Below, in pieces: positions 21,405 to 29,567 of a stretch of DNA of 64,000 nucleotides (position 1 is its first letter; each line of letters opens with the position of its first letter). Both the position numbers and the translations under genes were made by a program. The notes below the pieces were generated by a model. The model worked only from the letters and a program-made list of their open reading frames with translations. It was not told the origin of the DNA and searched no databases. Origin of the DNA: Alphaproteobacteria bacterium (GTDB lineage Bacteria > Pseudomonadota > Alphaproteobacteria > MPNO01 > UBA830); assembly GCA_965243135.1 (NCBI GenBank), contig OZ251539.1, positions 1,600,001 to 1,664,000 on the forward strand, given 5' to 3'.

Positions 21405-22622
21405 TCAGTCGCCGTTCCTTTTGCGCACGGCGACGAAAGTGAGACATGCCGCGCCGATGAAGCATGCGCAGACCCACATGACCCAGTTTCCGCCTGCGTT
21501 GTCCATCACGTATCCGAGTATGAGGGGAATCAGCGCGCCGCCAAGGTTGGAACCGGTGGAGGCGAACCCCATCACCTTGCCCATGGAGCCCGAAGGCGTG
21601 ATCGAGCGCAGCAGAAGATCGCGAGACGGGATCAGCAATCCGATCAGAAATCCCGCGGCTCCCAGCAGGGCGATCAGCAAGCCTCCCGCGGGACTGGCCC
21701 AGCCGAGAAGCGAGACCAGCAACGCGGCGGGAACGAGGGTCGCGACCGCCGTCGTCATGCGGGGTCCGAACCGGTCGGCGACGAACCCGCCGGAAAGAAT
21801 CCCGGCGACGGAGCCCAGGATGAACGCGCTCAGCGCCGACGCGGCGAGGAAAGCCGGCGTGCCGTGCATGTCGCCGAGCGCCGCCACGAGAAAGCTGCGA
21901 ACGCCGCCGCTGCCCATCTGGTGAAGCACGAAGTAGAGCGCGCACATCAGGACAGGCAGCGAAAACAGCAACTTGAGGCCGCCGCCGGCCGATTTCCCGG
22001 CGGGGTCGGCCGGGCGTTTTTCCGTGACGTTTTCCTGGAGCGTCGCGGCCTGCAGGACCAGCGGCAGCGTGGCGATCAGGCCGACGATTCCGATCAGAAG
22101 GAAGGCGGCGCGCCAGTGCCACAGAGCCGCGACGCCCGTCATGAATACGGCGGACAGCGCGAAGCCGGCGTATCCGGTCGCCGAATGGATCGAGAACGCG
22201 CGGCCCATGCGGCGCTCGCTGATGCGAGCCGAGAGTATGGCGTAGTCGGCCGGGTGGAATACGGTATGCCCGACGCCGGCGAGGGCGGCGAGCGCGACCA
22301 GTTGCCAATAGGCCGTGGCTACGCCGAACATGCCTATCGCGGTCGCCTCCATCGCCAGGCCGGCGATCAGCACGGAACGGGCCCCGACGCGGTCGACGAC
22401 GAAGCCTACCGGCGTCTGAAAGGCGAACGTCGCAATGGCGAAAACCGAAGTAAGGAACGCCGCCTTGGTATACGCGAAGTCGCCGGTCAGGTTGAAGGCG
22501 GCGATCAGAACCGGATACATCGGCGGGATGGCCATCCAGTAGGCGTGGCTCATCATATGCGGAAAGCAAACCAGGCTTATGACCTTGATATCCTGGTCGA
22601 GGCCTTGGGAAATCCGCGCCAT
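21405..22622 (-). CDS. MFS transporter
   Basis: About 12 hydrophobic segments; GFVVDRVGAR, FHPADYAIL, GFVADRFGPR; start inferred. Confidence 0.88.
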   Translation of the reverse strand: MARISQGLDQDIKVISLVCFPHMMSHAYWMAIPPMYPVLIAAFNLTGDFAYTKAAFLTSVFAIATFAFQTPVGFVVDRVGARSVLIAGLAMEATAIGMFGVATAYWQLVALAALAGVGHTVFHPADYAILSARISERRMGRAFSIHSATGYAGFALSAVFMTGVAALWHWRAAFLLIGIVGLIATLPLVLQAATLQENVTEKRPADPAGKSAGGGLKLLFSLPVLMCALYFVLHQMGSGGVRSFLVAALGDMHGTPAFLAASALSAFILGSVAGILSGGFVADRFGPRMTTAVATLVPAALLVSLLGWASPAGGLLIALLGAAGFLIGLLIPSRDLLLRSITPSGSMGKVMGFASTGSNLGGALIPLILGYVMDNAGGNWVMWVCACFIGAACLTFVAVRKRNGD

Positions 22623-22771
22623 GCGATCCGGTCCGTTTGTCGGTTCCGCTCGCGACGCTTGAAGGCGCGCGGTTGCGGAACCGGCGTGGGCGACACTCGC
22701 GAATGGGTTCGTATACAATTCCGAGCGTCCGAAGGCTATAAGGCGGCGCGGTCGTTTCGCAGGAGGGGCGA

Positions 22772-23518
22772 ATGGGAAGGTACGGCAAGGAAGCCGCGGA
22801 AGGCGTGGTCGCGCTGCGCGAGGCGTGGCACACGAAAGACCATCCGTTCTACCTCGACTTCTTTCACGGAAAGATCGGGCTGGAACCGATGGCGAGACTG
22901 ATGGCTCAGCATTACCAGCATGTCAGGCGGGTTCTGCCGAGCCTGGGCGTCGTCTACTACAAGTCTCCGCCCGAGGCGCGCCGGTTCGTGCTCGAGAATC
23001 TGGCCGAGGAGGAGGGGATGGTCGCCGGGCCCGGCGAAGGGCGCGAGGCCCACGACCACATGGAATTGATATTCCGTTTCTGCCGGGCCGCCGGCATTCC
23101 CGACGAAGAGGTGAGGGCGACCGAACAGCTGCCGGCCTGGCGGGCGCGCTCGTATTTCTACCTGAACGTGGTTCACGATGCGCCGCCCGGCGTGATCTTG
23201 GCCATGCAATGCACCCAGGAAGGCCAGCAGCCCGCCATCAATGCGGAACGCACCTTGCCGGCTTTTCGGAAATTTCACGGGTACGCGCCGGAATCCCCGG
23301 AGATCGAATTCTTTACGGAGCACGAGGTGGCCGACGCCGATCATTCGAGCCGCCAACTGCAGCTCGTCGAAAAACTGATCGCGTCGGCGGAAGAACGGGA
23401 CCAGGCGCTCGAGGTCGCCGAAACGCAGGTCAAGACCCGGTGGGCATGCATGAACGATCTGTACAGAACGGTGGTTATGGGGCAGAGCGACCCGCTTCCG
23501 AAAAGCGTCGCCGGCTGA
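22772..23518 (+). CDS. Heme-oxygenase-like diiron enzyme (CADD/PqqC/TenA fold)
   Basis: HPFY, ENLAEEEG...H, QEGQ, FFTEHEVADADH; AGGAGG upstream. Confidence 0.82.
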   Translation: MGRYGKEAAEGVVALREAWHTKDHPFYLDFFHGKIGLEPMARLMAQHYQHVRRVLPSLGVVYYKSPPEARRFVLENLAEEEGMVAGPGEGREAHDHMELIFRFCRAAGIPDEEVRATEQLPAWRARSYFYLNVVHDAPPGVILAMQCTQEGQQPAINAERTLPAFRKFHGYAPESPEIEFFTEHEVADADHSSRQLQLVEKLIASAEERDQALEVAETQVKTRWACMNDLYRTVVMGQSDPLPKSVAG

Positions 23519-23759
23519 AGCGCACGTGAAATCCGCGCAGCGCGAGAACGCGGCAGGGCCGGCCGACTCTTTCCGCCGGAGACGCCGTATGGTTGTCGAA
23601 CGCCTGCTGCGCGCCGGCATTTTCCTGCATGGGAGCGCCTTGTCTCCGGGGCGATCCGCCGGTTCGCGTTGCGCGTCGCGTCGCCGAAACAAGCGCGCTT
23701 GACCGGTTCCGTCCCCGCGATTCGGGCCATCGCCCGGAATTGGCGTTATCCTTGCAGGC

Positions 23760-24515
23760 ATGTGCGGACGCTTCACTCAACGCTATGCTTGGCGGGAAGC
23801 CGACGAGTTCCTGGACCTGCTCGGACCGGCGCAGAATCTTCAGCCTCGCTACAACGTTGCGCCGAACCAGGATGTCGCGGCAGTGCGGAAAAACGACGAA
23901 GGCCGTCGGCTTTCGATGCTCCGCTGGGGTCTCATTCCGCGTTGGGCCAGCGATCCGAAGATCGGCTCCAGGCTTATCAACGCCCGCGCCGAGACGGCGG
24001 AAAGCAAACCTTCGTTCCGGGAAGCCTATCGCTCCAGACGCTGCCTCATTCCCGCCGACGGATTTTATGAATGGAAGCCGGAAGGCGGGAAAAAGCAGCC
24101 ATACTTGATACGCAGAAAGGACGGAGGCCTGATGGCGTTCGCGGGGTTATGGGAAGAGTGGCGACCGCCGGGGCCGTTAGCGGGTTGCCGCCTTGGGGAT
24201 ACCGTCGAAACCTGCACGGTTCTGACGATGGAAGCGAACGAAGCCGTCTCCCGGGTTCATCACCGCATGCCGGTCATTCTCGACCCGGACGGGTTCGATC
24301 CATGGCTTGCAGGCCGCTCGGCGCCTTTGGCTGCCTGCCCCTCGGACGGGCTGGAAATCTATCCGGTGAGCACCCTGGTCAACGATGCCGGAAACGAAGG
24401 GCGGGAATGCGTCGAGCGCCTCGATTCGGCAGCGGCCAAGGGCGATCGCCAGCGCGACGCGGGTCGCGCGGCAACGCGACAGTCCGTCTGTCCGGCAACC
24501 GGTTTTCTTTTCTGA
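23760..24515 (+). CDS. SOS response-associated peptidase (SRAP/YedK, abasic-site protection)
   Basis: MCGRF, RYNVAP, WGLIP, INARAET, GFYEW, HHRMP. Confidence 0.93.
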   Translation: MCGRFTQRYAWREADEFLDLLGPAQNLQPRYNVAPNQDVAAVRKNDEGRRLSMLRWGLIPRWASDPKIGSRLINARAETAESKPSFREAYRSRRCLIPADGFYEWKPEGGKKQPYLIRRKDGGLMAFAGLWEEWRPPGPLAGCRLGDTVETCTVLTMEANEAVSRVHHRMPVILDPDGFDPWLAGRSAPLAACPSDGLEIYPVSTLVNDAGNEGRECVERLDSAAAKGDRQRDAGRAATRQSVCPATGFLF

Positions 24516-24651
24516 ATGCGTCCGGGCCCGGCCGTTCCGGGCGGAAGCGCCTCTTCGTATTTCCGCGCCGTTGCCCAGTCCGGGAATCGCGGCGGCCGCA
24601 GAGCGAAGCCCTGAAACCACATGCCTCCCGCCGACGGGTTTTCGAGCGGAC

Positions 24652-25572
24652 TCAGGAAGCCTTCGCCGCGGGTCGCTCCGCGCCGGCGCGGTCGGATCGG
24701 AAATTCGCGGGAGGCGGGCAGGCGGCCGCATACCAGTCGGCGATCCGGCGGCCGGTGACGAAGACGGCGTCGTCCCGGGCCTGCAGCAGATCCAGCATGC
24801 GTTCGAGGTAGGCGAACCGGTGCGGGACCCCGATCAGATGGGGGTGCAGCGCGAGGGTGAGCACCCGAGGCTGCGATTCCCTCTCGAAAACGGCGAGCGT
24901 GTCGACCAGCCGGTCGTGCATTTCGGACGAATGCTGGCGTTCGACGGCGTAGATCGGGCTGTCGTTGAGTTCCAGCGTGTAGGGCAGGGAAAGAAGCGGC
25001 CCGTGGGCCGTCTTCATCCAGCAGGGCAGATCGTCGAGCACCCAGTCGAACACGTATTCGATCCCCAGATCCTTAAGAATGTCCGGGGTTTCGAAGGTCT
25101 CCTTGAGGCCGGGTCCCAACCATCCGCTTGGCCGCCGACCGGTGAATTCCTCGATCGTCCCGAGCGCAAGCGCGATGACCGCCGGTTCGTCGCCTTCGCC
25201 CTGAATGGATTTTTGATGAACGCCGTGGCCGACGAACTCCCATCCGGCGTCGCGCATGGCCTCCGCGCAGGAGGGATACGCTTCGATCGCGCTCGCGTTC
25301 AGAGCTGCGCTCGCGGACAGGCCGCGGCTGGCGAAACAGTCGAGCAGACGCGGCATCCCGGCGCGCATTCCGTATTCGGCCCAGCAGAAGTTGGGGACGT
25401 CGGGAATCTGTTCCAGCCCGTGCGGCGCGGTAATGTATTTCCTCGGCATGTTCCGGTCGAACGGCCAGTGCTCAACGTTGACGACGACGTGAACGATCAG
25501 GGATTTGCCGTCCGGCCCCGCCAGCGGCGGCCGCTCGCTGGACATCTGGTAGGGAATGCGCGGATTGCTCAC
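24652..25572 (-). CDS. Polysaccharide deacetylase (CE4) PuuE-like amidohydrolase
   Basis: VVNVEHW, EYGMRAG, VGHG, GWLGPGL, DWVLDDLP, LHPHL; GTG start. Confidence 0.85.
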   Translation of the reverse strand: MSNPRIPYQMSSERPPLAGPDGKSLIVHVVVNVEHWPFDRNMPRKYITAPHGLEQIPDVPNFCWAEYGMRAGMPRLLDCFASRGLSASAALNASAIEAYPSCAEAMRDAGWEFVGHGVHQKSIQGEGDEPAVIALALGTIEEFTGRRPSGWLGPGLKETFETPDILKDLGIEYVFDWVLDDLPCWMKTAHGPLLSLPYTLELNDSPIYAVERQHSSEMHDRLVDTLAVFERESQPRVLTLALHPHLIGVPHRFAYLERMLDLLQARDDAVFVTGRRIADWYAAACPPPANFRSDRAGAERPAAKAS

Positions 25573-25707
25573 GATGACGTCGTCCCGCTGTTCGCGTCCG
25601 AAATATAGCGCCGTAAACGGCCCGCGGCGACCTTGCGCCGAATGCGCCGTTTGCGCGGCGGCTCTCCAGCGCTATAGTCCGTCATCGCCGCCGTCATGGA
25701 GGAAACG

Positions 25708-26583
25708 ATGCCCAAGTTCGTCATCTCGCCGCATATGCGGCTCCAGGAATGGGTCGCCCACGAAAAGGACTACTTCGCGCAGGAAGGCCTTGATTACGAG
25801 TTTCGGGCGGCGCTCGATTCCACCGAAGCCAAGCGCCACGATCTCGGCGAGAAGGTGGGCGCATACCAGACCTTCGAACGCGGACGAAGCTGCGACGTGA
25901 GTTCCGCCTGCCACTGGACCGTCAACATGGCCGCGGGGGCGGGCCACGGCCTTCTGTACGCGGAAGCCTATTCGGTGGCGCCGGGCGGAATCTTCGTTCG
26001 TCCGGATTCGGACGTCGAGAAACCCGAGGACCTTGCGGGCCTGCCGATTTCCGTCGGCTACCAGTCGGGCAGCCACTACTCCACGATCGAGGCGCTCGAC
26101 ATGTTCCTCGAACCCGATCAGATCAACCTTTCGTTCGGCGACGGCCTGGTGTTCAGCCGCATGGAGAGGCTGATCGACGGCGGAGCGCCTGCCGTCAACG
26201 TATTCAGCGGCCCGATGTATTTTCTGGAGCAACTCGGTTTCCGCAAGGTGGTCGACACCAGCTTCATGATGGCCGCGATGGTCGACGAGGACGCGGACAT
26301 GGGCGACGTGGCAAAGTACTTCAAGGCGCTGCGGCGGGCGCAGGCGGATATCGACCTCCACGCTCACCGCCATACGCACCATTACAGAAATGAGTTCCCG
26401 AAGCGTTTCCACGATCGCATGGATACGCGGCTGTTCGGTCCCGGCGAGCGGATCGTCTTCGAGCCCTATTCCGACGGCATCGCGGAAGAAACCAGGAAGT
26501 GGGTGGTCGAGCGCGGCATTTTCCCCGAAGGTGATCCGGTGGTGCGCGCCTACGAGGCGAGCACGGCCCGCGCCACGGCGTAA
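25708..26583 (+). CDS. Periplasmic-binding-protein type II fold (SsuA/THI5-like) protein, no signal peptide
   Basis: WVAHEKDYFAQEGLD, DSDVEKPEDLAGLPISVG; GGAGG 5 nt before ATG 25708. Confidence 0.75.
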   Translation: MPKFVISPHMRLQEWVAHEKDYFAQEGLDYEFRAALDSTEAKRHDLGEKVGAYQTFERGRSCDVSSACHWTVNMAAGAGHGLLYAEAYSVAPGGIFVRPDSDVEKPEDLAGLPISVGYQSGSHYSTIEALDMFLEPDQINLSFGDGLVFSRMERLIDGGAPAVNVFSGPMYFLEQLGFRKVVDTSFMMAAMVDEDADMGDVAKYFKALRRAQADIDLHAHRHTHHYRNEFPKRFHDRMDTRLFGPGERIVFEPYSDGIAEETRKWVVERGIFPEGDPVVRAYEASTARATA

Positions 26584-26594
26584 GGCTTCGGCGC

Positions 26595-27542
26595 TCAGGA
26601 GGGCAGGTAGAGCAGGGCCTCCGGCATGGCGCCTCCGGCGTGGAAACCGCCGCCGGTCGCCCGGCCCTCCGCAAGATCGATTTCGACGACGTCGCCGTTG
26701 GCGAGAGCGACGAAGGCGTGCCGGCCGTCCCGCGCCTCGAGGACGTGAAACGGCTCGGCCGGCACCTCGACGATCCGCCGCTCTTGCAGGTTCGAGCCGT
26801 CCAGCAATTCGACGAAACCCAGGTCTCGCCGCTCGTCGTAGGTGGTGACGACGACGAGCCTGCCGTCGAGGGCGTTGAAGGGCCAGCCGGGCACGCCGGC
26901 GAGCGCGACGGTCTGCGTCAGGACCCGCTCGGCGAGGTCGATCACGTGCAGCAAGGGACGGTGGAAGTCTCCGACGTAGAGTTTTCCGCCGTCGGGCGAG
27001 ACGCGAATCGCTTGCGCGCCGACCGGCAGCGGAATGCGCGCCGCGACGCGCTTGGAGGCTACGTCGACTTCCGTGATGACGGGATATTCCTTCGCCGAGA
27101 AATAGACCGTGGCCCCGTCGGGCGCGGCGGCGAGGAAATGTCCCGGCACCTCGAGCCAGATCGTTCGCTCGATTTCGCGGGCGTCGGGATCGATCACGAG
27201 GACGCACCGGTTGGGGTCGACGGTCACCCAGAGCTTGCCGTCGCGGTCGGTCAGCATCGCGTGCGGGCCGACGTACAGGCCGAGATCCATGTGCCCGTCG
27301 AACGTCATCTTGCGCAGGTCGACGATCCCGAGCCGGTTGTCGGGTTTGTTGGGTCCGTAATCCCTGTCGCCGTAGAGCGAGACGAAAGCGCGCCCGCCGT
27401 CCGCCGTTAACGCGATTTCGTGGGGCTTGGCGACATCCTTCTCGCCGACGGGGATCGTCGCCACGATTTTTCCGGTCGCCGCGTCGATGGCGGTGAGGCT
27501 GACGTTCTCCTTGACCGTAGCGATGATCAGGTCGTCCCGCAT
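26595..27542 (-). CDS. YncE/YVTN-type beta-propeller protein
   Basis: Repeats of IDxxTGKIVATIPVG / PHEIALTADG / VSPDGGKLYV. Confidence 0.8.
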   Translation of the reverse strand: MRDDLIIATVKENVSLTAIDAATGKIVATIPVGEKDVAKPHEIALTADGGRAFVSLYGDRDYGPNKPDNRLGIVDLRKMTFDGHMDLGLYVGPHAMLTDRDGKLWVTVDPNRCVLVIDPDAREIERTIWLEVPGHFLAAAPDGATVYFSAKEYPVITEVDVASKRVAARIPLPVGAQAIRVSPDGGKLYVGDFHRPLLHVIDLAERVLTQTVALAGVPGWPFNALDGRLVVVTTYDERRDLGFVELLDGSNLQERRIVEVPAEPFHVLEARDGRHAFVALANGDVVEIDLAEGRATGGGFHAGGAMPEALLYLPS

Positions 27543-27611
27543 GCCGGTTCTCCGTGCTTGGCAGTTTCGTTACCATGCGCCCGAAATCGGGGATCGGCAA
27601 ATGGAGGAAGC

Positions 27612-28163
27612 ATGCCCAGACCAGTTCGCCGGGTCGTGACGGGACACGACGGGGACGGCAAAGCGGTCGTCGTGATGGACGGTCCCGCGCCGAACGTCGT
27701 TACGTCGCGGCATCGCCCCGGGGCGAGAACGAATTTGTGGCGCACGGCCTCGATGCCCGCCTCTTTCGCGGAAAAGCGGGACGAGGCGGCGGCGGACGTG
27801 AAGTTCGCGCTGGAGCCGCTCGCGAACGGAACCAACTTCCGGATTTCCGAGTATCCTCCGGAAACCGAAGCGGACGGCGGAATCGACGGGGAGAAGGCCT
27901 TCGCCGAAGTCGGCGCCGCCCACCGGATCGTGAAGGGCGCTCGCCATCCCTTCATGCATCGCACGGACACGGTAGATTACGCGATCGTGCTGGAAGGCGA
28001 GATCGCGCTGTTGCTGGACGAGGAGGACGTCAACCTCAAGGCGGGCGACGTGGTCATACAGCGCGGCACCAACCATGCGTGGGCGAACAGGTCGGACAAG
28101 CTGTGCCGGATCGCGTTCATTCTGATCGACGCCGCCGACCGCGGCGGCCGCGAACCGTCCTGA
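27612..28163 (+). CDS. Cupin-domain protein
   Basis: RRVVTGHD, MHRTDTVDY, GDVVIQRGTNHAW; GGAGG upstream. Confidence 0.88.
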   Translation: MPRPVRRVVTGHDGDGKAVVVMDGPAPNVVTSRHRPGARTNLWRTASMPASFAEKRDEAAADVKFALEPLANGTNFRISEYPPETEADGGIDGEKAFAEVGAAHRIVKGARHPFMHRTDTVDYAIVLEGEIALLLDEEDVNLKAGDVVIQRGTNHAWANRSDKLCRIAFILIDAADRGGREPS

Positions 28164-28319
28164 ACGATTTCGGCGGCTTTCGCGCCGCCGTCGTCCGGGG
28201 TTTTCCGGCCGTCGCGGGATTCGCGCGGGCGCGCTGTCCCTTGCGGCGTCCGAAATCGTCGGCGAAGGCGGCCCCTTTGCCGCGTCCGCGACGCCGCAGG
28301 GAATGGTCTTCCGGAGGCG

Positions 28320-28409
28320 TGGCGGATGGGGTGGGATTCGAACCCACGAGGCGCTCGCGCGCCTGCTGGTTTTCAAGACCAGTGCCTTAAACCGCTCGGC
28401 CACCCATCC
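28320..28409 (-). tRNA. tRNA-Ser(TGA)
   Basis: GGATGGG acceptor stem, CTGGT-CTTGAAA-ACCAG anticodon arm, long variable arm, GGTTCGAATCC, encoded CCA; 90 nt. Confidence 0.97.
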
Positions 28410-28646
28410 ACGGCGCATTCTTCAATACAGGATAGTCGCGGAGCCCGCCACCGAATTCGCGCCCCGAGGCGTTTGCGGTCACGCGCCCCGCCGCCTCGCG
28501 TTCAGTCCTGTAGAGCCAGCTTCCGGCGGTTAGGGCGACCCCCGCGGCGGCGGGCGAAACAGGTCCCGCGCAAAGCTTCTCGCCAGCTTTATTTTCGCTT
28601 CGATAACGGCCATAAACCCGCCGGAAGCGGCCAGAGGGAGGCGCGA

Positions 28647-29513
28647 GTGGAACAGGCGGTCAGTTTCGAGTCGGACAATCTAACCCTGTCGGGAATCGTG
28701 AACACCCCGGCCAAGCCGGGCGAAAGGCGTCCCGCGATCATCGCGCTGCACGGCTTCGGGAGCAACAAGCAGAGCGCCAACAGCATGTGGCCGGCGCGCG
28801 CATTCGCCGAATGGGGCTACGTAACGCTGCGGTTCGACATGCGAGGTTGCGGCGAGAGCGAGGGCGAGAAAAATCGCCTCATCTGCCTCGAACAGGTCGA
28901 GGACACGAAGAACGCGATCACCATGATGCAGGGCAGGGACGACGTCGACCCCGACCGCATAGCGCTCATCGGTTCGAGCTTCGGCGCCGCCGTTGCGGTT
29001 TATGCCGCCGGCGTCGACAAACGCGTGGCGGCTGCCGTCTCCTCCGGCGGCTGGGGCAACGGGGAGCGGAAGTTTCGCGGCCAGCACCAGGGCGAAGAAG
29101 CCTGGCGCAGGTTCACTGACATGCTCGACCGTGGACGCCGCCATCGGGAAACCACCGGGGAATCGTTGATGGTGCCGCGTTACGACATCGTGCCCATTCC
29201 AGAGCATCTGCGGAACAATCTGGCTCCGGGTTCCATCATGATGTTTCCTGCGGAAACGGCGCAAAGCATGTTCGATTTCACGGCGGAGAACGTGGTCGGC
29301 GACATTGCGCCCCGGCCGCTGCTGCTGTTGCACAGCGCCCAGGACTCGGTCACCCCGACCGAACAGTCGGTGGAAATGTTCAGGCGGGCGGGCCGCCCCG
29401 CCGATCTTCACCTCTTGGCCGACGTCGATCATTTCATGTTCGGCGAAGGCAACAAGCGCGTGATTTCGATCCTGCGCGACTGGCTCGACAAGTATTTCCC
29501 GCCGCCGTCCTGA
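28647..29513 (+). CDS. Alpha/beta hydrolase
   Basis: LHGFGS, FDMRGCGESEG, GSSFG elbow, D and H near C-terminus; GTG after GGAGG. Confidence 0.88.
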   Translation: MEQAVSFESDNLTLSGIVNTPAKPGERRPAIIALHGFGSNKQSANSMWPARAFAEWGYVTLRFDMRGCGESEGEKNRLICLEQVEDTKNAITMMQGRDDVDPDRIALIGSSFGAAVAVYAAGVDKRVAAAVSSGGWGNGERKFRGQHQGEEAWRRFTDMLDRGRRHRETTGESLMVPRYDIVPIPEHLRNNLAPGSIMMFPAETAQSMFDFTAENVVGDIAPRPLLLLHSAQDSVTPTEQSVEMFRRAGRPADLHLLADVDHFMFGEGNKRVISILRDWLDKYFPPPS

Positions 29514-29567
29514 TCCTTCGGCAGTACCCGCCGCTCTCTTCGTTCGTTCCCGTCATTGGAGGCCGAT

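Noticed and set aside
22772-23518. Annotation as pqqC or tenA
   Set aside because: No pqq or thi neighbours, and it carries a CADD-type dimetal ligand set
23740-23756. Sigma54-like TTGGCG-TTATCC-TTGCA upstream of SRAP
   Set aside because: The implied start site (~23767) lies downstream of the ATG at 23760 and would omit the essential Cys2
20524-28319. Integrative element at the tRNA-Ser 3' end
   Set aside because: No integrase and no duplicated tRNA 3' sequence found; the 10-bp match inside trkA is chance
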